Source: Nageia nagi
Lineage: Eukaryota > Plantae > Pinophyta
DNA: 64,000 bases
Assembly: GCA_050084985.1 (NCBI GenBank)
Contig: JBITNC010000002.1
Coordinates: 37,386,001 to 37,450,000 of the forward strand
Direction of reading: 5' to 3'
The first letter of the stretch is position 1, and the number at the start of each line of letters is the position of its first letter. The position numbers and the translations under genes are program-made. The notes beneath the pieces are model-generated. The model was not told the origin of the DNA, searched no databases, and saw only the letters and a list, made by a program, of their open reading frames with translations. Below are positions 49,901 through 61,263 of the stretch, piece by piece.

Positions 49901-52900
49901 TGTAGACACCCAAAAATGACCCTCTTTTGAAAACTAAATGAAAAGGATGCTAAAAAATAATGTATCAAACATAAAAAACTAACCTAAGATAAAACACCAA
50001 CAATTGGGTGCTAGTCATCGATGACTAGATCCAATCATCGACACCTGACCTAAATTATCAATGAATCTACAACAAGAAAAACAAAAAAAATAAAGTAAGC
50101 TATGAAGTTCATCTCTTCCTCAAGTTTGTGGATAGAGAGGTTGGTCATCATTCTTGTCAGGGTTGAATGCAGAGAATCTTGTTCTATTATGGTCTAGGAT
50201 AGGATTTGACCCCCCTTTGATAGCTCTCCAAGATGACAAATTTAGGACTTGAAAAAACTATAAATACAAGTGTGTATGATGCAAAAAAGGACTCAAATTT
50301 GAAGTAGGATAATGCTATAGGAATTTTAATTGAGATATTATGAGATTATTTACTTCATTTTATGCTTATTACTTGTTCTAATTTATTAATGATTCTATTT
50401 TATGGGTATAGTTATGTTTGATGTGTTATTTTAGCATGTATGTAGGTTCCACAGGTGCTTAAGCTTGAAAAAAGAGACACGTAAAATATGGAGCTATTCA
50501 AAATCAAAAAAGAAATCAAAGAAGAAAAAACATCAAGAAATATTGTTCCAAATAAAGTTACAAAAATGCCAATGACTAAAGATCAAGTATCAGTGTTTCA
50601 TCCAGATCCCCAATGATTTACATAGGTCACTAGCGACCCTGTCACTGCCCATTCCAAGGCTTGTGTCTTCATTTTCACATACTTTTCAAAAGCCCTTATT
50701 GAAAGGCAATGAATCAGGTGGTCCATAGATTGTAAAATACAAGGTATTACAAGAAAGTAATAAGATATATGTTTGTTTTAATAATATTTGTCTTGCTTGC
50801 TAGTAGGTTACTTTTTTTATTAACATTTTGGCACTAGAAGGAGGGCCAACATATGAACAATGATGGTCATAGGAACAGGGTGTCTTCTCTAGTTTGTGTT
50901 ACTTTGTTTCTGATTTGCTGTTGGATTTCTAGCAACTTACTTTGAGTTTCACTCTATTATGGCATAGGATTTAATACCAAAAATGCTAGCGATTAGCTTT
51001 TGGATGCTATCGATTACACTGGAATGCTAACAATCTTAGAAAAATGTCGATGATTGGAAAATAGAGGTAAGTTTTTCCCTTTATGTCAATTTTAACACAA
51101 TGTAGGCCTTAATTAGGGAAATGGGAATGGATTCTTATTTTTTGATTCCTATGCTTAGATTGCATGTAGGAATGGGATGGTAGAAAAAAGCATTTGACAT
51201 TTCATATTCATATTTTTATCTTATGTTTTAGTTTATATAAAGTTAAGTATATGTACATGTTGAGGAAAAGGGTGATTTTCATTAAGTTACTAATTATCCA
51301 TTCTTAGTATGCACTCCCTTTGCATTGAAAATCAATCTTAGGTGATTAGAATAGAATTAGTAAAAGGGAGTTAAAAAATCTTTCACATTCTCACATTTTG
51401 CTTTGGTTAAAACATGAACTATCACATTAACATTTCCATATTGAAAGGGGTATATGAAGTTAAGGAAATTTATCAGGTTATTTGGTAGTTAATTCATTTA
51501 AAATGGTAAAATAATTGGGTGGTTTTTCTTTCACACTTAAAACTTTTGTTTAACGAGTAGGCTCTCACTTTTGCACCTTTGGTGATCCTAAGTGCTCCAA
51601 AAGAGTTGAATGAAAGGAGGAATTTATTCACTTTGTTTTGGAATTTACTTCATATTAATACTCTTATATGTCTACCCTTACCACTTCGAAAGAAGGTTAA
51701 AGGTTGATGTGACTTTAATAGGAGTAAATGAATCTCATTTAAAGAAATTTACACATAGTTAAAGGCTTCTTACTAGACTACTGTTACCACTCTAAAAGGA
51801 GGTCAAAGATTGATGTGACTAGTAAGAAGAGGTAATTTATCTCATTAAATACTTCCATAGCTAGAAGGAGTTAATGAATATCATATAATCTAACAATGAA
51901 TCATGAGGTACTTTAGACTAAGAATCACTTAGTTAAAACATTATTTTCCTTATGCTAAAATAAAGATAATCAATGGATATGTATGTGTGGGAGGGTTAGT
52001 TTGCACAATCATATGTTCTTTATTTTGTTAGATGCATATCCATGAAACATTTTTTTTTTAAATGAACATCAATGAGTTAGATGTAATGACCAACCATTAA
52101 CTCTTTTATTTTGTATCCATCGATCAAAACCATAAGCCTTAGAGCCAAAACCTAGAGATGAATATCAGGGTTCATAGGGTAGAAGTTGTAACTTCCTACT
52201 GGATGATTATAAGAAAGAGGCTACACTTAGATTTAATCATCAAGGTAGATCTCAATGACATTCCTCAGGCCCCATTGCACTAAGAGGATTACATTAAGTA
52301 CCAAGCTGTTACTTCGCTATAACTATCTTTCTAGGATCACCAGCCTACCCTGTTAAACACTTGACTAGAAAAACAAAGTTAGGAAAACTAAAAAATATTA
52401 AAAAGAAATTACTTATCACACATATTAAATCAAATTAATCAAAATTATTCAAAAATACTAGATCTAGATAATCATATCAAAAGATGATGATTCATGTAGG
52501 TTGTTTATGCATTTATGATTTTCTCGCAAATATAAACATAAAAAATAATAAAAATAAAAATATGGTTGTTATACATTATTTGCATCAAATATCTTAAAGA
52601 AAAATTTGTCCAAACTTATTCACAAAAGGCTTAACAAAATCAAGAACTTCAAAGTACATTTGATCTTGATGAAGGTAGTAATATTGCTCTTAATAGGGAC
52701 CCCTTGCAAGGAGAAACACCTCATGAGCAAAAATTTGAACCTATCCTTTTACAACTTTATCTTTAAGGTTTGGTTCAAGAGTTTGAGTATACCTACCCAG
52801 AACAATCACTAAAGGAAATAAACATACAACAAAATATATAGATTATGCATTCATGTGCAAACTTGATAATTCCTAGAATATGATTATGTATTGTTAGAAG

Positions 52901-52999
52901 CTAGGGAGTGCTTGATGTAGTTAAGAATACCTCCACATTCTCCTCACATACATAGTATTTCTCCACATGGGACTCACTATAAGATAGATGAATTACCAC

Positions 53000-55900
53000 T
53001 TGATACATCAAATTTGAGTACAGTAGATGAAATAGAATCAGTTGTACACCTACAACATATAGCTAATCCTATTCTACAATGAATACCATTAAAGCCTAAG
53101 TTTATGCATGTTAAAAAGTATAACTTTGATGAAAATTAGTCCTCACATCTGTCAAAAGAGCAAATTATTCTCCATCTACAATATCAAGAGAGATGGAAGA
53201 AAATTATGATAGGGTATCAATACATATAACAAGCCTTGTATTGCAAGATCTAGAGGGCTTTAACATTAGTTATAACCCTCTTCATTGGCTAAACCCAAGA
53301 ATCACACTTCTATAATAAGAAATGAATAGCCAATGTAGCAATATGAACAAATCATAGAAATCAAAAATCCATAAGAACAAATTCCACCCAAGCTAAGTAG
53401 ATCTCAAGTTCAGTTGTAAACTATTCCTCCATACATACATACAAAGACTAATGCATCTTTGAAAAATGTGGGAAAATCAAAAGAGGATCGTCTACATAGT
53501 TAACATGAATACGATCCAAAATTAGTCTAGATGTAATAAATAAAGGAACCATGAAAGTTCACTAAAAAACACCAAATCCCAACTCAAGATACTTGGAATT
53601 TACATTCTTCTGGATAGCCTATGCATACCCAACCACAAATTGCATCACAATTTGTTCCTTAAATATAATATACCTTAGGTATGCCTCCGTAAGTCTAAGC
53701 CCTTACTATGACTCAAATGAAATACAACTTGGGTATGCCTCAACAAATTCAAACCTAAGATAAAACCCAAACCAAGCATACCTCAAGTATGTCTCAACAA
53801 ATACCAATTTAGTATGCACCTTAAACATAATATACATTGGGTATGCCATAACAAATTTAAACAATTGTACCAATGTAAGTACAACAACCTCGATATACCA
53901 TCAAACCTATCCTTCAGCAATGTTATCTTGAATATTATGTAATACATCAAATACAACAAAAATAAAATGTAACAAATATTTAGGAAAAGGGGAAGCCACC
54001 TATGTATCAAATCCAAAGTTATATAAGTCAAAATATAAGTAAACCACCTCAACCTTAATCAAAATCCCCATCTCCTAGGGTAACAATACAACCTGTTAAA
54101 ACTCAACTATCAATACCTCAAGAAACTACTCCTCATCAGGAAACTACTCTTTGTCGGGAACCTCCTCCTCAAATAGAAGGTGGAAAACCTAGTTATTAGT
54201 TATCTTCTCAACTACTCCCTTCCCAAAACTACCAAAAACTTCAACCTCAAGTTAACCCTCAAGGATATTAGGTTTGTTCCTAGTAACCTCAACCTCAAGT
54301 TAACCCTAAGGGATATCAAGTTGCTTCCTAGTAATCTCAAACTCAGGTTAACCCTCATAAATATTAGGTTGCTTCTTAGCAATATCAACCTTAGGTTAAC
54401 TCATAGGGATATTAGGTTGCCTACTAGCAACCTCAACCTTAGGTTAACCTATAGGGATATCAAGTTGCTTCCCAGCAACCTCAACATTAGGATAACCTTT
54501 AAGGATACCAAATAATTTATCAACAACTTCAATAATAAATATTACCTTATAATGCAAGCTATTATCATAATAGGATTCTTGTAGGACAATAATATGAATT
54601 AAGTCAAGGATACTAGGGTGAGGGTGAAAATGTAGAGTACTTACAAGAAGAAATGCATTCAGAGCATCATGTACCTAATACTACTCAACCAATTAAAGAA
54701 ACCCTAAAAGAAGATAGTGCACTTGCAAAAAGATTAAAACAAATAGAAGAGGCATTGCTTGTGCAAGATAAGTAGAATTTGACATATGAGATAATTTGTA
54801 GTGAACCAATACACCCTAGAGTTCCTAAAAAGGATATATCCTACAAATTTGAAATACCTAGAATCGAACCTTTTAGAGGGAAGGAAGATCCTAAGGAGCA
54901 TCTAAGAAGATTCAAGTATTCAAGTTATTTAATTGCTAATGATGATGCATTGATGTTATGAGTCTTTCCAATGATACTTGTTGGGGAAACCATGAATTGG
55001 TATAATAACTTACCTAAGTATACCATTAACTCATATTCCCACTTAGCAAATCTCTTCTTGTAGCATTTCAAGATCAATGTTAAAGATAAGACATCCATTA
55101 CTGATCTCATAAGGTTACAAGAATTCCTAGATGAATCAATTAGTGACTTTGTTTCATGATAGAGAGTTAGCATAACAAGCATACTTTATAGCTTACCTCA
55201 AGAAGAATTGGTCAAGTTATTCAGTCAAAATTGTTTGAGGCCTATTGCAAGTATGTTTCTCATGCAACAACATAAGACCTTCAAAGATGCTATCACATAA
55301 GCAGTGGTTATCGAGAGAGTTAAAATCTAATATGGTGAGATAAATATTAAGAAATGGGAAGGTTATACAAAAAATAAAACCCAAATGGATAAGTAACCAT
55401 TCACAAATAAGGTTTCCATTACAAAGGAAAATGAAATAAAATAAAATAAAATAAATTGAAAATGAACCAAGATAAAATCAAAGAATGGAAAGGGAAAACA
55501 GGCAAGCAAGAAAGTTTACACCCTTATTTGAACCCCTTTATGATGACTTAAGAAAATTTTTAGATCACAATCTAATCACATTACGAAAAATAAGACCAGA
55601 AGAAATGCAAAACAAAGATGGTAGGTGGTATAGGGAAGAGGAGTTTTGTCACTACCATTGACAAAAAAGGCTATGATACAAACAAGTGTTGATATTTAAA
55701 ACATGTAGCTCAAGAATTAATTGAAAATGGGAAATTGGAAGTGAATAACCCTATAACTATTCCTAACTAAAACTTAGGAATATGTCAAAACTCACTTCCT
55801 TATCATAATGCTAATAACATCTCTTGGAATACAAATGAGGGACAAATAACACATAAATGGAATCCTAACAGTACTAGTTTCATTTCCATGATTAGTGTCA

Positions 55901-58900
55901 CTATGAGAGCTCAAAAGGCCCAAGGGAAATAGAATGATAAATTCAATGATCAACAAGATAGGGTCTATGTAAAACCTCCAATACCTAGACCTCAACCTCC
56001 TAAGGTTTTGGTAAAAGGTGCATTACAACAGTAGTTGAAAAGTTTGCAAGTAAAAATATCTTTGTTTGATTTATTGCAACAATCCAAGGATCATATGGAT
56101 GCAATGAATCAAATCTTTCAAAGAATTGAATTAGACATCAATGACCTTGAATCTTCATAACCTTAGTAGGAAACATCAAGAGTATCCCAAAACCTTCAAT
56201 AAACTTTTATGATCATGAAATAAAAGATTGGCAAGGAATATCAGCATTTGATCCATCATTACACATTGTGGCTAATGTTGATGGAAAAATGTTTAAAAGG
56301 ATACTAATTGATCAAGGATATGCTATAAACATCATTTCTATAGTAGCCTTCAAAAATTTAAATATTCATTTTTTGCATATAAATGCACCTACCTTACAAT
56401 TGAAAGCATTTAATGATGCCTTTTTCCCAATCATAGGATCTATATCTATACCTATTATGGTGGGATAAAAAATAGTAAAACAATATTGCAAGTCATCAAA
56501 GGAGAAATTACACAATATAATATCCTTTTAGGAAGACCTTGGGTAAAGGATATGGAGTCCATTCCTTCCACATATCATAATTATTTAAATATATTCATGA
56601 TGAAATGGTACATTATGTACTTGAGGATGATAATCCATGCTCCCATTGCAATACAACGGATATACCTAATATGATAAGTCTACCTTCTACTCACTTTTTC
56701 ATGACATCTCTACCAAAAGGATAACCTTTGGTAGATAATGTGGGAAATATTCCTTCATAAAACATACAATTAAAGTAGATATCTAATCAATTAGAATTAA
56801 TTAATACACATGTTAAACATAATAAGAATTTATATCCTAATGTAACATTGTAAGAAAAGAAATATTGGGAAGAATGAGCCCGAATGTTAGATAAGTTGAA
56901 TGAATCTTCTTCTTCATCTAAAGTTCTATTAGATGTTAATACATTCTCTCAAAATGATATTATAGAAAAGAATAAACCATTAGATATTTATCTTATAACT
57001 ATGAAGTTGTCTGATTTAGGTATAGGGGAATACGATATTAATGATGTAATATTTAACATACCTTCTACCCAAGAAATCGAATGACCTCAAGAAGCCTAGA
57101 GTGTAATAGGATAATTAGTTCCTCTATGAAGAGCACCTAACCAAACCTTATTTATATTTGCTGGAACTAATGAACCCATTCTTATTCCTATGCCTAAACC
57201 TAACGAAGGTACATTTTGTAATTCATTAGAATCTTTAGCACCATCTGTGCGATCCTTTTTCCAACGATATTTTCTTAGATGTCAATGGAAGGGATGTAGT
57301 TTAGGATGACATGAACAAGGTCCTAAATACACAATATACATCTAGTATCAAATTCCTAATGATAAAATTAGATTAGGATACAAGGGAAAAGCTAAAAATA
57401 ATGTTAAAATAGAAACACTCAAGTTAGAACTTGAATATATTGAATACAATGTAATCTACCATGACTACCAAGAATGGAATGATAATAGTGATACAGAATC
57501 AGAGGTATCAATACCATAATACCTTTTCTATGATATCATTCTAGTCAATATGGTTCAAATTATAGAGATATCTAGCTTCATCATAAATGAAAGCACCACT
57601 AATTTCACACTCATTCTATGAAATCCAACAATACATGATATCAAGGATGTAGATATTATATGTTAAATAAGAGAACCTATGGTAAATAAAACCTTGATTA
57701 AGCAAAATATTGGGGAAGCTAAATAATACAATAAAAGTGATAAAAATTGGATTCCTATACCTAACCAACTAGCAGAAGGATCTCATATGTTAATTGAAGA
57801 AACTATTGAGGTGGATCTAAGTGGTTATCTTGCAAATCCAAAAGTTGTTCAATTGGGAAAATCCTTAACTAATTAAAAAAAGGCTATATTTATATCTATC
57901 TTCAAAGAAAAATAGAACATATTCACTTGGTCCTATGCTGATATGCCTAGAATAGATACAGATTTGGTTTTACATAATATAGGTCTAAAAATGGATGCAA
58001 AGCTCATTCAATAAAAGTTGTAAAAGATGCACCCTACAATAACCTTGATGGTCAAATAAAAATTGCAAAATTTACTAGAATTCAAGTTTATCCAACCTAT
58101 TGATTATACATATTGGATTTCAAACATGGTCCCAACAAAGAAGCCTAATGGGAAAATCTATTTTTGTATTGATTTCAAGGATTTAAATAAAGCTTTTTCA
58201 AAAGTTTATTTCCCTCTCCTGAACATTGATACCTTGGTAGATGATATAGCTAGGCATGAAATGCTTTCACTAATGGATGGTTTCTCTGGATATAATCAAA
58301 TAAAAGGTGCTAAGGAAGATCAACATAAAATGGCATTTATAACCACTTAGGGAACCTTTTGTTACAAAGTAATGCCCTTTGGTTTTAAAAATTCTAGGGC
58401 AACTTATAAAAGAGAAATGATACATATATTTCATTACTATATGTATGATATTGTGTAATATTATGTAGATGATCTTTTAGCCAAATCAAAAACTAGAGAA
58501 AAGCATCCTAAGGTCCTTACAAATATCTTTGATAGATTTCTAGAGCACAATGTCAGCTTAAATCCAAATAAATGTGTCTTTGAAGTTACATTGGGAAAAA
58601 TATTGGGGTTTATCATGTCAAGATGCAAGATTGAAGTATACCCTAATAAAATAAAATTCATTGTAGATATGCCTCCACCCTCAAATATTAAACAACTTCA
58701 AAGTTTGCAAGGAAAATTGCAAGCTATAAGACATTTTATTTCCCAATTATCATACATTTTATTTTCCATTTAATAAATTGTTAAAAAAGGGAATCATTTT
58801 TCAATGGGACATGGACCAACAATAAGCATTCAAAGAAATCAAGTTCTATCTCTTATCACCTCCAATTTTGATCCCTCCACAAGAGGGGGAGCTGTTCCTA

Positions 58901-59948
58901 TTATACTCTTTGACCATTGAATTAGCATTAGGTATTATGCTTGCACAAAAAATGAAAATAACAAAGAACAAGCCATATATTACCTTAGTCTAACTTTGGT
59001 TGATTATGAGATAACATATGTATACATGAAAAAGTTATGTTTAGCAATCATCTTCACTACCAAAAAATGTAGACATTATATGTTAAATCATACTACCTAC
59101 ATAATTGTAAAAGCTGATCCACTCAAGTATATGATGAATAAAGTATACCAAACACTATAATATCAAAATGGATTATGCATCTGACTGAGTTTGACTTGCA
59201 ATTTATTAGCCAAAAAGTAATCAAATGCCAATTTATAGTCATTTACCTTCTAGAAGCACCATTGCAAGATGATAAGCCTCTTGTTATTGAATTACCTAAT
59301 GAACATGTTTTCCAATTAGATAAAAAAGAAATTCTTGTTGAATTAGAAGATGATTGGGATATGACTATTTACTTTGATGGGTCTCATTATGAACAAGTTG
59401 GAGGTGTTGGCATTGGCTTCATCACCCATAAGGAATACCCATTCCCTATTCTTTCAAGCTAGATTTCTCATGCACTAATAATAATGTTGAGTATGAAGCT
59501 TTGATCCTAGCTATAAAAATTGCTATAAAACTTAAAATAAGAAGAGTAAAGTTCACTGGAGATTCCTTACTGATAGTTAATCAAATCAAAGGACTTTTTT
59601 AATGTAAAGAAACTTTACTTCAAAAATATAAATAGATAGCCAAAAAGCTTTTAAATTCATTTAATAAGTACAATATAGAAGCAACACCTAGGAAAATGAA
59701 TAGGTTTGCAGATTCCATGGCTTCAATTGGATCCTTGATACCCAGAGACTCCCTTCGATAAATAATCCTTGTTGAGGTAATACAATTAATGGAATTAGCC
59801 TTAGAAATAAATGATGAAGCATATGAAGTCTTTGATATCATAGTAAAAGGAAAAAATTTATACCATAATCAATTAATTAAATTCTTAAGAGATGGAGTAT
59901 TACTAAAATATTTGACCAAATCAACCATGAAAGCATTTAAATTAAAAG
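53000..59948 (+). pseudogene. gag-pol: Ogre/Tat #2 gag-pol, decayed (start approximate)
   Basis: FEIPRIEPFRGKEDPKEHLRRF; RILIDQGYAINI; YNILLGRPW; FIQPIDYTYWISNMVP..LSLMDGFSGYNQI; YVDDLL; IYFDGSHYEQVGGVGI..CTNNNVEYEAL. Confidence 0.93.
54242..54511 (+). repeat. 48-bp coding tandem repeat in gag N-terminus (QPQVNPQGYQVASQQP, ~5.5 copies)
   Basis: CAACCTCAAGTTAACCCTCAAGGATAT(C/T)AGGTTGCTTCC(C/T)AG units; many CAG>TAG changes. Confidence 0.85.
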
Positions 59949-60921
59949 TGTTAGAGTTGAACTATAAACTAAACAACTATAAATTCATAAGAAGATATTA
60001 AATCTCTCAATTCACATCTAATAAAGTCACATACAAGACAATCTCACAAAGTAGCTCAAGATGTAAAGTGGTTCCTCCAACTAGGAGTACATCCACTAAC
60101 TAGATCTTTACTTCAATCACAAATACAACTCTCTTACAATCCTCCTAATCTCAACTCCTACACTTTTATCCTATAGCATAATTTTACTCCACAAATTGGT
60201 CTTTAATCACAAAGAGGGAGCCTTCTATTTATAGTCCAAAATCCCTCTTTAGATCACCCTTTTATCCAATGTACAAAAGCATGACATGCACATCCTTTTA
60301 CCCAAGGGGCATGCTCATGACATGGAGTGTAGGACAAGCTAAATTATCATATTCACTTAAATACTTAAGGTATCAAATGATACACTTAAGTATTAGTGAA
60401 CTTACATAGAAGATTTAATACAGACCTTTACAATAATGCATTATACATTCCAACACTCCCCCTTAATGCAATATTAGGATAGAGCAAGTAAGAGAGAATA
60501 AGAAGAGAAAGTAAGAGAGTTCTCATCCAAATAGATACAATGAAGATGAGAACTTTTTACATATTTGTGAAGTAAAAAATATCTAGTTTGAAACTCACTC
60601 CTTTGCCAAATACAATCATTAACCACAGTTAGTTTCAATGTACATGAAGTAGTCATCCAACTGGAAGTCATGAAGAGTCTCCAAGAGCTTGCATACCTGA
60701 GGTAAATAACCTGCAATCTCAAAGGAACCTACAAGTCATAATCAACTCATATAACAAGTTTAGTTAGATGCATCATATTCATATCAACAAGGATATATGG
60801 ATCACATAAATTCCATCATGAACTAATCAATGGTGCACTATAAGTCATCACAAAGATGCCATGCCAAAAACTTATAGTCACCTGCTATATATAAAAATAT
60901 GTGTTGATTATATTTACAAAA

Positions 60922-61132
60922 TAGAGCATGCACATATGAGTTCCTCACATATGGATAACTAAATAGTGTCAAAAAACATATAAGAGTTCCTCACACATGG
61001 ATAACTAAATAGTGCTAGATTGAACAAAATTAGAGTATGCACATACAAGCTCCTCACATATGGATAATTGAATAGTGCTAAAAGACACATAAGAGTTCCT
61101 CACACATGGATAACTAAACAGTGCAAGATTGG
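60922..61132. repeat. Tandem repeat in Copia 3' UTR: four GAGTTCCTCACAYATGGATAACTAAATAGTG units arranged as two ~108-bp dimers
   Basis: Direct inspection. Confidence 0.9.
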
Positions 61133-61263
61133 CCAATTTGTACAATAAGTTTCTCATGCAGAGTGAACTTACCATGAAGGTGTACAATAAAATCAATATT
61201 ATACGACACAAAATCCTCCTAATGGTGAAGTTATCATCATAAACATGAATTCAACATAAGAAT

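Larger units (their letters stand above)
49901..59948 (+). mobile_element. Ogre/Tat Gypsy #2 (5' LTR 49901-50825, gag-pol to 59948), interrupted by Copia; the rest lies beyond the Copia/window
   Basis: TGTAGACACCC...TAACA LTR; PBS TGGCACTAGAAGGAGGG (50829-50845, tRNA-Asn type); gag, PR, RT, RH and aRH remnants. Confidence 0.92.

Noticed and set aside
54180-54515. ORF that looks like a leucine-rich repeat (NLKLTLRDIKLLPS)
   Set aside because: It is an alternative-frame reading of the 48-bp Q/P-rich gag repeat.
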